The translations under genes and the position numbers were made by a program. The notes under the pieces were generated by a model that saw only the letters and a list, made by a program, of their open reading frames with translations, ran no database searches and had not been told where the DNA came from. Below are positions 1 to 13,663 of a stretch of 64,000 nucleotides of DNA, in pieces (position 1 is the first letter of the stretch; each line of letters opens with the position of its first letter). This DNA is from Octopus bimaculoides. Its lineage: Eukaryota. Location of the stretch: contig NC_068983.1 of assembly GCF_001194135.2 (NCBI RefSeq), positions 103,473,962 through 103,537,961 of the forward strand, written 5' to 3'.

Positions 1-2084
1 AAGCAATTACCATCAAGCAGGCAATTGTTAGGATTTGTGTAATTACAGACAGGTGCAGGATTTGAATTTTGGTTGCTGCTGGTGGTATGTAAAAAGCACC
101 CAGCAGACTCTGCTAAGAGATTGGCATTAGGAAGGACATCCAGCCATAGAAGCCATGCCTCAACAGACAGCTGTAGTTTGGACAGCTCCCTGGGAGCCAG
201 TTCCATGTCAAACAGTCCAATCCATGCCAGCATGACAAGCAGATGTTAATCGATGATGATGATGTTGCTTGTAATCTTTCTAGCATTAGGATTTCTTATG
301 CAAACTGTGAAATTCTTGCTGGCATAGTAGCTCACTTTGAAAGTGGGTCTTGATGAAAATCTTGTGATATATATGGTTCACTAGAAAACAGTATAAGACA
401 GACTTAAGGAACTACTTTTCTATGGTAGATTTTATAGATAAATTGGAGACAGAATTATATCATAAAAATTCCACATTTTCCACATTATAAACCCTATAGC
501 ATTTTAACTGGCCACATCCAGCTCAAATATTCTACCTGTTTTATGTTCAAACTGGCTATATCCAACCTCTTACACATACCCTACAATGTCATTTTAAAAA
601 TAAACAATCGCATCATCAAAATCTTGAAGATACAAGATAATGCATGATTAATTCAAAACAATGTGAATAAATAAGCATTACATTTGACAGAGTACCTATA
701 TGACAGCAAAACAACTGAAGTTGTCTTATTTTACTTTTTTTTTCTATTTGATAACAGCTGACTTAGCTGGGGAATATGAAACAGCAAAAATGCAACTTTT
801 TAGTTAGTTTTACTTTCTAGCTGTAACTAAAATTGTGTACAAATCTTCTAAGCTGAAAGTTTTTAAAAAATCTATTTTATAAGTTTTTTTTGTTTTTTTC
901 TTTTTTAATGTTCCCATTAATATTTTCTATTCCTTCTCTTCAATGCCTTTAACCTCAAGCCTAATAATTGAATCAAGACAAAACTAAAAAAAAAAAATAA
1001 AAGTACAAACAAAATGTTTTAGGTGGTGGCTTTATATTTAATACGATACTTTTACAATACTTTTGCTTTTCATCAATAACTCAGACTCAGATACATAAAG
1101 GAAATTCTGCTTTGGCTGCAAAATATTACACACAATCTGCCAATACTTTAATGTAACAGAGTGTGGGCCAAATAATATATTTGTTTATCAATATGTCCAG
1201 AAACAAAATTAAATTTATTACAGCTTTTTGATGAGAATGAAATTATTATTACAATCAAAAGGTCTATGCACAAGTCTCTGAATCAGCCGACATTCTGTCT
1301 GTCTATGTATCAATGACAAGGCAATTTGCTTCCATCTCACTGAATATTTATAAGCATTTTAGCAAAGCAAGGAATAAGTGTCAAAGGAGGTGTGGGGGGG
1401 GGATGTTAGATATCAATAAATATTTTAATAGCAACAATTGTAAATAGTATCATGGCTGAATAGTTAAAGAGATTCTCTTGGGGCTCAGGAAGAGGAAGAC
1501 TGGTATTTATATGGATGATAGATTAATTTCACCAATAACATTTCTCTAATATTTAGTACATATTTTAAACAGCTACATGAATTGATGCATGTAGATATGA
1601 ACTCAAGATCCATGGGCTGGTACTTTAATGTTGTATTTAATGTTAAGTTTGAAAATTTGTGGGGTTTTTTTCTTATCTTTTTCATTGGTGATTTATGAAC
1701 CAATGGAGAAGCCTCTTACATGGTTACTGGATCTGTTATCTTTTCCATTAGCTCACCCCACCTACCATCTTCAAAAAAAAAAAAGGTAGGGGAAGGATGT
1801 ATAGATGACACTATGTAATAAGTAAAAGAGAGCAGTAACAGTTGGAGTACTTGTGATCATAGGACTGTTTAATCAGAGCTGATTTGGGACAAATAAACAC
1901 ACACACACACACAGTGGCGCTCATACACCAACATGTCTACATTCACACAAGCCAGCAAAGATACCTCTACATGACAGCTAAGAAACCTACCGTTTTAGTA
2001 ACAGAGTGATTTTCAAGAACTTAGGATCAGCTGGAAAGTATATTATACTGAGTAATATAACGAATCCTTAATTCCATGAAATTC

Positions 2085-2459
2085 CTCTTCTTTTAGTTGT
2101 TGCAGTCATTTGATTGTGGCCATGCTGGAGCACTGCCTTGGAAGTTTTAGTCAAACAAATCAACGCCAGGACTTGTTTTTTATTAGCGTACTACTTATTC
2201 TGTTGGTCTCTTATGCTGGACTGCTAAGTTTCAGGGACGTGAACACACCAACACCAGTTGTCAAGTGGTGGTGGTGGGGCAAACACACACACACATGATG
2301 GGCTTCTTTCAGTTTCTGTTCACGAAATCCACTCAAAAGGCTTTGGTCAGCCCGAGGCTATAGTAGAAGACACTTGCCTAAGGTGCCATGCAGTAGGACT
2401 GAACTTGAAACCATGTGATTGGGAAGCAAGCTTCTTACTAAACAGCCATGCATGCGCCT
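2085..2459 (-). mobile_element. tRNA-derived SINE, family A (head AGGCGCAGGAGTGGCTGTGTGGTAAG..., internal (TA)n/(TG)n, tail ...GAAACAAGTAAAAGAG), diverged copy
   Basis: Reverse complement matches the multi-copy element at 13278, 31766, 36035 and 43580. The tRNA-like head contains the B-box-like GGTTCAGTCCC. Confidence 0.85.
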
Positions 2460-2904
2460 AAGTATGTAACTTATATAAAATTCATGTTTTGGTCTTAAAG
2501 TTAAAGCTTTTACCAATGTGAGTTCTTAAAAACTGTCAGCAAGCACAAGCAGCTTCAAATTTAAATTTGAGTAAAATGTTTCCCTAATCCCTGCTCAGCA
2601 TGGCCAACACACCTATTACAAATAGCAACCAAGCTCCTTCCAACTAACACCTTACTGTATTAAAAAAAGAACCATACATTAGAAAATATAGTCCTACATA
2701 ACACTATATTAGAATAAAAGGAGATGATAGATATGAGAAGAGCTGACCCAGTGCTATGCAACAACAGCAATTTTCATGATTTTATGCATTATTATTGGTA
2801 TTCACACAGTTGCAGGCATAGCTGTGTGGTAGAGGTGTTTGCATTGCAGCAACATGATTTTGGATTGCAATGTTTTGGATCCAATCTCATTGTGCAACAC
2901 CTTG

Positions 2905-3384
2905 AGCGAGTATAGTCTAACACCTGTACCAGTAGATCACTAAGAGCACCGTCTGAGCATGATCGTTGCCAGAGCACCAGCTGTCTGGCTTCCGTGCCGG
3001 GCGCACGTAAATAGCACCATTTGATCGTGATCGTTACCAACGTCGCCTTCCTGGCACTTGTGCCAGTGGTACATGAAAAGACATTCGAGCGAGTTTGTTG
3101 CCAGTACCGCTGGACTGGCTCCTGTGCAGGTGGCACGTAAAATACACCATTTCGCATGTGGCCGTTGCCAGTACTTCCTGACTGGCCTTCGTACCGGTGG
3201 CACGTAAAAGCACCCACTACACTCTCGGAGTGGTTGGCGTTAGGAAGGGCATCCAGCTGTAGAAACTCTGCCAGATCAGATTGGAGCTTGGTGTAGCCAT
3301 CTGGTTCACCAGTCCTCAGTCAAATCGCCCAACCCATGCTAGCATGGAAAGCGGATGTTAAACAATGATGATGATGATGATGAT
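2905..3384 (+). mobile_element. GC-rich SINE-like repeat, family D, with an internal ~60-70 bp tandem unit (CTGGCTCC(C/T)GTGCCGGTGGCACGTAAAAAGCACC) and (GAT)n tail
   Basis: Four degenerate units at ~2985-3215, then GGCATTAGGAAGGGCATCCAGC...CATGCTAGCATGGAAAGCGGA.GTTAAAC(GAT)n, also seen at 16005-16490 and 24352-24612. Explains ORFs 2792-3217 and 2940-3203. Confidence 0.8.
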
Positions 3385-3466
3385 TGACCTAGTCCAACTA
3401 GCCTTGGGAGTGAATTTAGTAGACAAACTGTATTTAGCCCATCATATATACAGATGTATATATGCA

Positions 3467-3497
<31 letters not shown>

Positions 3498-4128
3498 ACA
3501 TGTAAATGTTGATGTTTCGTTTGTCACTGTTTGAGCAAAGCAGTGTTGTTTTTGGCATTCATTGTTGACAATATGACTGGTGAGAGACTTGAAAACAGGT
3601 GAGGGTTAGGGACAGAAAAACATCTGACCATAAGATCCAGCCTCAAAATCAAATTCTCATCCAAGCCATGCTAGCATGGCAAAAACAGACATTAAACAAA
3701 TAAATAAACAAATAGATCTTTTCTTGATACAATAGTTCTAAACTTCAGGTGTGTGAATTTATGTTTTGACAACTGCCAATATTTTCACAAAAAACAAGCT
3801 GGGATAAATGAATTAACTTAAAACCTTTGCGCAGCTCCTTCCAAAGCTGTGACAGCTACCAACAGAGTCCAACTTCTTTTTTTTTTTTTTTTTTGACAAA
3901 ACTATTTTCTTTGACCAAAATTACAATTTCTTCATTATTTCTTTGTAAATTTTTAAATCGTGACTTTTGATGACTCAGTGACATAAAAATACAAGAATTC
4001 TAAGTCACATGATAGAATAAATAACTACTTAAATAACAAATAACAACAGACTTCTAGAAGTCTAAGAAAGTAAATATACAAATACACACATATATGCATA
4101 AGTAGTACAAGTGGTGGTGGTGGTGAAG

Positions 4129-4163
<35 letters not shown>

Positions 4164-5345
4164 GAAGAAAGTAGGATAGGAATCAATACGATATTAAATA
4201 TATGAACTTGTAATTTCTCATAAATCCTCTCACTAAATTGTTAGTAGGCTAATCTCTTCTTTATCATAAACTCTCGGCTTAAATAAGCTTTCCTTATTTA
4301 AATCTGACTGACCTGCATAGTACATTTTTGTGGAAAACAGATAGATGGATAGACAGAGACAGGGACACAGAGAGAGAGAACTAGAACAAAACAAACAGCT
4401 GCTGGGATGTGGCGAATTACTCTTGATAAGTTAAAGACAGTGTGACCTTGCAATGAAACCAAGGCACATTACCTGGCTTCAGCGTTTCTCAATTATATAG
4501 ACTTGGATTGGTTTGATTCTTATTTTACTTGAATGGACACTCATAGCTATATGATGTCTAAAAATTATATTATATTTTTATCATCATTTAATGCCTATTT
4601 TCCATGCTTGCATGGGTTGGACAGTTGATAAGAGTTGGCCAGTTGGAGAGTTGCCTTGGTTCCATTTGTTTGTTCGGCTTTGTTTCTATGGCTGGATGCT
4701 CTTCCTAATATCAACCACTTTACAGAGTGGACTGGAAGCTCTTACATGGCACTGGCATGGGTGCTTTTATGCGACACTGGTACAGGTACTTTTTATGTGG
4801 TACCAGCACCCACAAACCTGCAAGGTGAGGAACCACAATTTTACTTAGCTTGACAGGTCTTACTTTTGTAGAGAAGGCAATATGGGTTTTATAGCTTATC
4901 ACTTATACACTCATATATGCATACATAGTAGTGGTGGTTGCAGGGGAGAAGAAAGTAAAATACACTTCTCCCCACTTTACAACATAGACTGGGTGCACTT
5001 TTATCATGCATCATAATGCATGATATCAGGACAATAATGATTGTTTCTGTCATTATACTTTTCATCATTATAATCAACATTATCATCATATTTACACCCA
5101 CTTTTTCATGTTTGCATGGGTCAAATGGATTTTGTTGAAGATTTTTTTGTAACCAACTGCCCTTCCTGAAGCCAATTCCTATTTGTTTCCAAGCAAATTA
5201 ACATTTTTCCATGGCCACCTGTTTTGATGGAAGATTGGAAACAAGCAGCATCACTTGTATGATTTTAGAGTTTGTTTACAATTATCACATGATGTCAAAA
5301 CAAAAAGACACACAAACACACATATATATAACTGTAAGAACCCTG

Positions 5346-5380
<35 letters not shown>

Positions 5381-6160
5381 TATGTGTGTCTGTGTGTGTG
5401 TGTGATGAGATTCTTACTGTTCCTGTCTACCAAATCTACTTACTAGGCTTTGGTCAGCCTGGGGCTATAGTAGAAGATTTGCCCAAGGTCCTATGCAGTT
5501 TGACTGAACCCAAGCCCACATAGTTAGGAAGCAAACTTCTTACCACACAACTATCAAAGTGTCTATGTTGAAAGAAAAGGTAAAAGTAGAACAGGAAATT
5601 AATAGTCAAGAAGACAGATTGAGAAGTGGCAGAACACAATAATGAAAAACTAGGAAATTCAGATATTGAAAAGGAGAGAGGGAGAAAAAGAGAGAGGAAG
5701 TCAAGATGATGATGATGATGATGATGCAATAGTTCAAAAGTGTAATAAATTGGTTTGAACTCTTTTTTTATCTATTGAGGTATTTTTCGTATTTTCACGA
5801 GTCTCTTATACTTCATGTAGAACAAAGTTCCTAAATCCATCATAATTGACCTTTCTAGACTTTCACAGACTCATCATCAGGATATGTTATTGTCTTTTTC
5901 TGTTTCAATGTGTATGCATGTGTGGCTGCACGGTTTCTTCACCTCATGATTGTTAAATGTGATTTCTACAGACTTTGTCTGAATATGGAATAGGAAAAAT
6001 CTAAAATTCCAAGCACATGCCTTCATTGAAGATTGATGTTTTCTGATGGTACAGAACAGATGATTGGATAACCAGACTGGAAGGAATAGTAGCAACCAGT
6101 TGCTATTTTACTGAATATCACTTAAACTTTTATGTAAATATTTCCTGGTAGAAAATTTAC

Positions 6161-6231
6161 CTATGCCTAACACTTAGCATTCTGAACTTGCTGTTTGCTT
6201 GAGATAATGAAAAAGCTTCTAGTCATAAAAC
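6161..6231 (-). other. Candidate non-coding exon (weak)
   Basis: Acceptor gctgctttgtcttgcag|G at 6231 and donor TAG|gtaaat at 6160; all three frames contain stops. Confidence 0.2.
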
Positions 6232-7809
6232 CTGCAAGACAAAGCAGCAAACTCTGATTTAAAGCAAACTTTTGTGTTATAAATGGAAAATATTAGATAA
6301 TCATGGAGGAAGTACCTTTCATCATTTCAGTAAGGATTGACTTGGGTCTAAACAACCATTTATTGCATGCTCAAGTCAACAGAGAAGCCTCTATATGGTT
6401 GTCTGATGATCTAGAAATAACTAAATTTTCAAGGAGTATATACTGGCTGATCGAAAAAATATAAAATGGTCCTGTTTGGGAATCCATTTGATCATTGGTC
6501 TAACTAGATGAAGTTTGACACAAAATCTATATCCTTAACTATGAACAATACACAATTGCAGCCTCAAAAATCTATCCAAATGTTAGGCTCTACTATGAAA
6601 CTCACAATGGAGTATTGCTTTCACATTTGCATGTCAATATGACTAGGTTGAAATGATTAACTCGCAATTCATAATCATTTTAGACAAAACATTCTTTAGT
6701 AAGTTGGTTGATTTAGACTGTTAATAATTTAGCTAAAATTAGTTGAAGAAAGATAAAGTGATGTTGAAACAAAATCTGAGATTATATCAGGAGGCAATTG
6801 TTAATAAAAAAAAAAAAGTGTTTGAAGCCAATTGTTAATGAAAGGATTAATTATTCAGAATAATTCCCATCATAAAGATATTAACTGAGGTGACCAACTT
6901 GATAATTTTATGAGATATTTTCTTCAATTGTTTTATCTAATATTCCCAGATACCATCAAACCCTCTATCAAAAATTTTTATTTTTGAAAAATCAATACAA
7001 TTAATTGTAAAAAAAGAGAATTAAAAAAAAGAATAGTGCATATGTAACACATATATGCTGTATAAAGGTGACTTAAGTAAATGAGACACTGGAATATGGA
7101 CTAATATGTTGGGATTTCACATCCACAACAGATGCTTCATAGTTTCTGAGCAGAACACGTTATTCTACATTACTTTAGTCCAATGACTGAAACAAGTAAA
7201 AGATAAAAGAGAACTGCCAGAAATATGTACTAGATCATCTGGAAATGTTACCTGCAATAGAAATAGACTATCATACCTATGAGGAAGTTTTCTCTTAACC
7301 TAATTAACTTGTAAAACTTTGGGGTTATGTATCAAGCATTAAAAAGCTCTCCTAGGTATAGGAGACAGTTATTTGTTACATGAAGTCATTGCTGCACCCT
7401 TTAATCAAACTGACTAGTAAAATTCACCAAAATCTTCAACAACTCAAAATTTCAGATTAATTCAATAAGCACAAGAGAAGTAATCATTTTTTAAAAATTC
7501 AGTTAAAAATTAACTACCAAAATCTGGTTAACTGATGTTTATAGGACACATAGAAAGCATTGATTTATTTTCATCTATTTAAGCATTCTTTGAAAGAAAT
7601 GTGTTGTTGTTTAGCCCTAGCAAAACACCAACAAAACCTATGCTCATAGGTTCATGACACCCCCACTAAATTTTTAAGAGTATGTATAGAATTTAGTTCA
7701 TATTAGAATAATATGGATCACCTCCTCCCAGAAGTAAAAATTGGTTTTCTAGATTGGGCCCAAAACCCCAATCTAGAAAAAGCAATGTTACAGAAGCATT
7801 GATGAAAAT

Positions 7810-7930
7810 TCAAAACCAACAAAACATGAGGGAAGAGGGCCTTCAATTAGGGAAAGACAACCCAGAGTTGAGAACGGAGAAAAGTTGTCAATCGTCTATG
7901 TTTCATACGGAGTGAAGAGCTTAAGTAAGT
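7810..7930 (+). mobile_element. Probable extreme 3' end of an RTE-like LINE; related copy at ~51790-51895
   Basis: Both copies share ...GAGTTGAGAAC..AGAAAAGT..TCAAT..TCTA..TT.CATA.GGAGTGAA..GCTTAA(GTAA). A (GTAA) tail is typical of RTE/SR2-type 3' ends. Confidence 0.35.
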
Positions 7931-8885
7931 ATAGGACAACATTATCCAATGTACTCTGTCCTTATATAAGATTGTAAGATGTAATCTGAGGGAGATTTGG
8001 CAAATATTTGTCATCAGTCAAGTGGTCACACCTGATATATATCATTGATATTAAGATGATTTTTAAAACTAGGTGAAGAGTAAGTGGCTTGCTACACCTT
8101 AGCTATGGTCCAGCCTGATATTGTAGAAAAAAACAACATATAGTTGATATGTATAAAAAAATTATTGCCTGATCAGGTCATCTATATGATACTTAAAGTT
8201 GTTGTTGTTATCTAAGTCTCAGTTAACCGTAGCTAACCACACCTACATCGTATGAGTGTATGCTTGCATCTCTTTTTAAAATGGTATTGGTATGATTTGA
8301 TGGAGATATGCGAGCATGAGGGTAGTAGTCTTTACATTCTAAGTTCAAATCTCACCAAAGTAAACCTGGCTTTTCATCCATCCTGGGATCAATAAAATAA
8401 AATTCCAACTAAGTATCGAGAAGTGATTTAATTGACTGCCAATCTTTGCCAACATAAAATATACTAGCATAGTATACAATAGAGCACATATCTCTAACCA
8501 ACCATGAGGAAGGTGGGAAATGAGGACAGATGAAACAACTTGGTGATGACAAATGAAGTGACATAACTGTTGGAAAACACATCTATATCATCAATAGCAT
8601 TGTATATTACTGCCAATACACATAGGTATCTACACACACACACTCGTCCTATCAACTACTAACAAATAACTCACACACTCCCGCCATCACTCTTTTTCTC
8701 TCTCTAAAAGTGGACCCTATTAAAAAGGATAACACAAAAGAATAAAAAGAAATACAAACGTACACTCATACATATAAAGAAATGACAATCAACAGAGCAA
8801 TTATCTTTGTCGTCTCCAATATCACCCTAATCATAATTTAACACAAAATTTTGTATTCTAGTAATATTTACAATAGATATCTCAC

Positions 8886-9004
8886 TTTATTCCTATTTTG
8901 CATCTGGAGAGAGGGTTTAACTTTTGTAGACCTGATCAATGAATTTTCACATTTATCATTGCCTACAAATTCTGCTCTAGCTTTAGTGTTTCCGATAATT
9001 TTCG
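8886..9004 (-). other. Candidate coding exon (119 nt; KIIGNTKARAEFVGNDKCENSLIRSTKVKPSLQMQNRNK), product unknown
   Basis: Poly-T acceptor ttttttttttcaag|C, donor AAA|gtgaga, one open frame (phase 1 in, phase 0 out) in unique sequence. No recognisable homology. Confidence 0.3.
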
Positions 9005-9361
9005 CTTGAAAAAAAAAAATAGATAAATAAATAAAGGCATAAAAATTTGCAGCCTTTTAAGTAGAAAAATATTGATTATACAAAACTTAATTGACAGGAT
9101 TAAGGATTCCATAACTGAATTAATGTGGTTTGTTGTTGTTATTGATGTTGATGTTATTTAGTGGTCCAATACTGAGCAAATAGAACTATGATCAAATCCA
9201 TACTAGCTGTGAACATCCTACCTTTTTGTGCATAGAGAGGGGGCAGGAACTAACTAGATGTTATACTATCTAATGTGTACTTTTCTTTTAAAGAAGGTAC
9301 GATGCTGCACTTTGAAGACCATTTAATTGCTATTTCTAGCAGATCAAGGGACAACACAAAG

Positions 9362-9609
9362 CACTGGTCCTCAACTGGAGTCTATATGGCCCTTGAGGAT
9401 CTATATAAGATTGTTGTTGTTAAGATCTATGTGCAATAAATTGGATTTACTTCTCCAATACACAAAATATTTTAACAATTTTTTTATATAATTCCCAATA
9501 ACATTTAATTATAAAAATGAGATTTTAAAAATTGAATGGCTATAAGGGTCCACCTGAGTAAAAGAGGAATCAAAGGGGTCCACAGGTAAAAAATGGTCAT
9601 GAACCACTC
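9362..9609. mobile_element. Decayed hAT (Charlie-type) MITE
   Basis: Termini CACTGGTCCTCAACT and GGTCATGAACCACTC resemble CAGTGGTTCTCAACC-type TIRs. Confidence 0.4.
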
Positions 9610-12284
9610 ACATAGAGGTACTACCATTGGCTTCACGATGATTTTGTTAGTAAAGGAATCAGGACTAATTATATTCTTTTAAATATGGCTTATTACTATT
9701 AAAAACATGAAATATTTCCTAATTCATGAGCTGGATTGCTGGGAGTCAAGATTCAGGTATGGTTTCATGGTATATAGTTTTGGAGTAGGATACCAGTCTA
9801 AAACAGATAACATTTACATTCTTAGGTTATTTCATACAAATTCCCAACAACAAACTATAAAAGAATGGGGTTTTGCCAATCTTTAAACAGAAGATGGAAG
9901 TTGTTAAGGCAGATTCTCTACACCGGGGTGCCTTTCCAGTCACCTATGTTCACCCGTTTCCAAACAAGACTCGACGTGACTGGACATGTTTTCAACAGAA
10001 GATTGGAAACAAATGACATCATGTGTATGAGCGTGACACTAATTTACAATTTTTGCGAGATGTAAAAACAAAGAGACACAAACACGCATTCACACATCTG
10101 TATGTATGCGTGTTTAACACACACACACACACACAATCTATGAGAAAAACTGAAATTAGAGAATGTCTTTCAAAACATTTTACACACCATTTGCCCACTC
10201 ACACAAAGACAACACAGAAATAAGACAGGTTATACACTGTACAATCATGAATTATTTAGAAATAGCAATCTGATAATGCTGTTTCACATAATTAAAACAC
10301 TTTGCAGTCAGTCTTTTGTTATTTCCTCATTGGGCAGTTTATACTAAGCAGATTTCCTTCCTCAGGAAAGAAGATGAAATACAACCAATTGGACAATAAT
10401 ATAACATTGCGGCCTTTGAGTTTGTTATAGGTCAAAAAATAGCAACGAAACCACACGGTAAAAATAGGGAGGACACTATTAGTATTTTCAGTGGAATCAT
10501 GTACTTGTCAGTAGTATATTAATCATAGCAAGCAAAAAGCACAGGAAGAAGAGCATACATTATAGAATGATTTAGCGAGGAAATACGCATGTGACTGTAC
10601 ATGTTTCATTTCTGTTTCGCAAACATTTTCTTACATTCATTACATAGAATTCTAAATCATTTTCTGAGTTACGAACCCAGATATTTTAGATCCTATTTTT
10701 GATTGTTTTATTTTTGTAACTGGTTTTATTCACTGCAGTGTAAAAATGCTGAGGGTGGTGGTAGAAGAGAAATGTATTCGATGATTTTAATTGAGTATAT
10801 TGCCCCCAGAATAAAGTCGTCTGATTGATAACATTATTGATGTTCCCGATTTGCAAAATTTCACTCCCAGGGTTTAAACTGCATTTTACATTCATATAAA
10901 ATTTCCACGAGTTTCTTCTCTGTAACGAAGTTACGCGAATCTAACAGAATCCCATGTGATGTTATGTATCTTCTTCTAAGAATCAAAGTCAAGACGAATA
11001 TCATGTGTATCACTTTAAGGCACATATCAAACAAGATCAAAAGAGTGTTTTATAAATACTATAACAAATGAAGAGAGAGAGAGAGAGAGAGAGAGAAAGA
11101 GGTGAGAAAAAGAGGGCAGAGAGAGAGAAAGATAACGCGCATGTGTGTGTTTGTATGTACATGATATGTATTTTCTCCAAGTCACACACTTCATGCTGCA
11201 CATGATCACTATTATCTTTCACTATCATCCGATATTGACAAAACTTACATCTACAATAAAATAGTTGCTCAGTAAATTGTCTAACAGGGCCGGAGTTCTG
11301 TGTTGTATTGGATCGCTAACCACATCTCATACATACATTATCAAACAGAAATGCTGACCCTACGACACATGTCAGCAATGACAAATAGCTGGTTTTTATT
11401 TGAGACACAATGGCTTTTGATAATAAAAAAAACATCTCACTCTATCATTGCAATTTGCCTACTTAAATTTATAAGAATTTATTTAAAACTAAAATACATG
11501 TAAGTGACATTACAGTTACAGGATTATTAAAAACAGAACTTTCAACATACAAGGCCAAAACATTCTACCTCTGCATGCTGATCTTCAACAAGGTCTTTGT
11601 ATTCTTTTATTGATTTCAGTCATTGGACTGTGACCATGCTGGGGCATTATTTCAAGGGTTTAATGAACTCTAACACATATTTCAATCCGACCCCTTTGTC
11701 AAACTGCTATAGTTACAGATAACAGAAGTTAACAACATCAGGTTTTTAGACGTGTGTGTGAGAGAAAGGCAATTTTCTGCACATTTTTCAATACACTCAG
11801 CCTAGGGCTATATAGCACGAGGCACTTCTCATCCCACAATCATGTGGTGGTGGACTCTATGTAAATCTGTTTATATACATATGTATCTATATTAGAAGTG
11901 CAATACATTTATTTATAGGAAGATGGAGAAAGCTGCTTACTAATTAGTTGAAACTATGTAACTTTTACTAAAAGTGAGCAGTTATTAAATTCTCCTTTGT
12001 CTAGCATAAGAAATGAGGCATCACAATTACTTGACATCCTCTAGATGTTATATGTGCACTCCATATTACAAGCCACAACAGTATGGTTTCGTACCAGACT
12101 GAAGTATGACATAACCAATATGTTAAACTTATGCACAACTTATCATTATTGGTGGGCTAAATTGTGTGCTAAATTTCAACTACACAACAGCATCAATTAC
12201 ATGAGTCAATGAGAAATTCCTACCAAATCTACTTCACATCAGAAACTACCATCTTACACAAAGGATAAATAGTCATAAACACAC

Positions 12285-12670
12285 TTGTTGTTGGCACTCC
12301 GTCGCTTACGACGTCGAGGGTTTCAGTTGATCCGATCAACGTAACAGCCTGCTCGTGAAAATAACGTGCAAGTGGCTGAGCACTCCACAGACACGTGTAC
12401 CCTTAACGTAGTTCTTGGGGATATTCAGCGTGACACAGTGTGACAAGGCTGGCCCTTTGAATTACAGGCACAACAGAAACAGGAAGTAAGAGTGAGAGAA
12501 AGTTGTGGTGGAAGAGTACAGCAGGGTTCGCCACCATCCCCTGCCGGAGCCTCGTGGGGCTTTAGGTGTTTTCGCTCAATAAACACTCACAACGCCCGGT
12601 CTGGAAATCGAAACCGCTATCCTATGACCGCGAGTCCGTTGCCCTAACCACTGGGCTATTGCGCCTCCAC
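12285..12670 (-). mobile_element. tRNA-derived SINE, family B (head GTGGAGGCGCAATGGCCCAGTGGTTAGGGC, tail GGAGTGCC(AAC)n), young-looking full-length copy
   Basis: High identity to copies at 29533, 34239 and 46512; A/B-box-like motifs; CpGs retained. Confidence 0.9.
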
Positions 12671-12814
12671 CGTAAAAACACTATTCTGTAACAAAAAAAA
12701 AAAACGATGGAATAACCGCAGCAGGAATATCATTGATCATAAGCTTCCTCTATCTATGCAGCATGTGGTTAAACAAGAATGACTAAAACTGAACCGTCTT
12801 CTTACCTGATTCTA

Positions 12815-13029
12815 TAGCATTTAACCTGGCCATATTCGGCCCAAATATTCTACTTATTCTATGTTCAAACTGGCTGGGTCTGACCTCAAATGCCTATCCT
12901 ACAGTATCATTCTGAAAATAAACTAATACATCATCAACATCTCAAAGCTATCAGATAATGCAAAATTAATTGAAAACAATGTGAATAAATAAGCATCACA
13001 TTAGTCAATGTAATTTGAATGCTACAGGG
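12815..13029. mobile_element. TTAA-flanked piggyBac-like MITE (family 1), left terminus eroded
   Basis: Right end AATGCTACAGGG|TTAA; body matches 41144-41358 and 54451-54670. Confidence 0.75.
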
Positions 13030-13277
13030 TTAACACTCTTACCATAATTCTTTCAATATCAATTCACTGTGACAACCCCTGACCATAAGATACAAAAACC
13101 ATAAAGTTTTTGAAATTTTCCTGTTAAAATAAAGACCTTTCATCATGATTTTTTACAGGACTCTTTTTGTTATGTTCAAAACACTGGCTTAATATAGTGA
13201 TTAATGAAAAACTTGACTATCTTATTAAATCTTTTCAAAATCATATTTATTTTCAAAGATAACTGAAATGCGTAAAC

Positions 13278-13663
13278 AGGCGCAGGAGTGGCTGTGTGGT
13301 AAGTAGCATGATTACCAACTACATGGTTCTGGGTTCAGTCCCACTGCGTGACACCTTGGGCAAGTGTCTTCTACTATAGCCTCGGGCCGACCAAAGCCTT
13401 GTGAGTGGGTTTGGTAGACGGAAACTGAAAGAAGCCTGTCGTATATATATGTGTGCTTGTGTGTCTGTGTTTGTCCCCCCAACATCGCTTGACAACCGAT
13501 GTTGGTGTATTTATGTCCCCGTAACTTAGCGGTTAGGCAAAAGAGACCAATAGAATAAGTACTAGGCTTACAAAGAATAAGTCCTGGGGTCGATTTGCTT
13601 GACTAAAGGCGGTGCTCCAGCATGGCCGCAGTCAAATGACTGAAACAAGTAAAAGAGTAAAAG
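13278..13663 (+). mobile_element. tRNA-derived SINE, family A, full length
   Basis: Near-identical to 31766-32158 and 43580-43960. Confidence 0.9.

Noticed and set aside
5850-5885. Other CTGA(T/A)GA...GAAA-like motifs (5850-5885 minus, ~15562, ~48248)
   Set aside because: Stems are not formable or the GAAA box is missing; too degenerate to call ribozymes.
13278-13360. tRNA-like heads of SINE families A, B and C
   Set aside because: No complete cloverleaf, and each continues into a SINE body; not tRNA genes.
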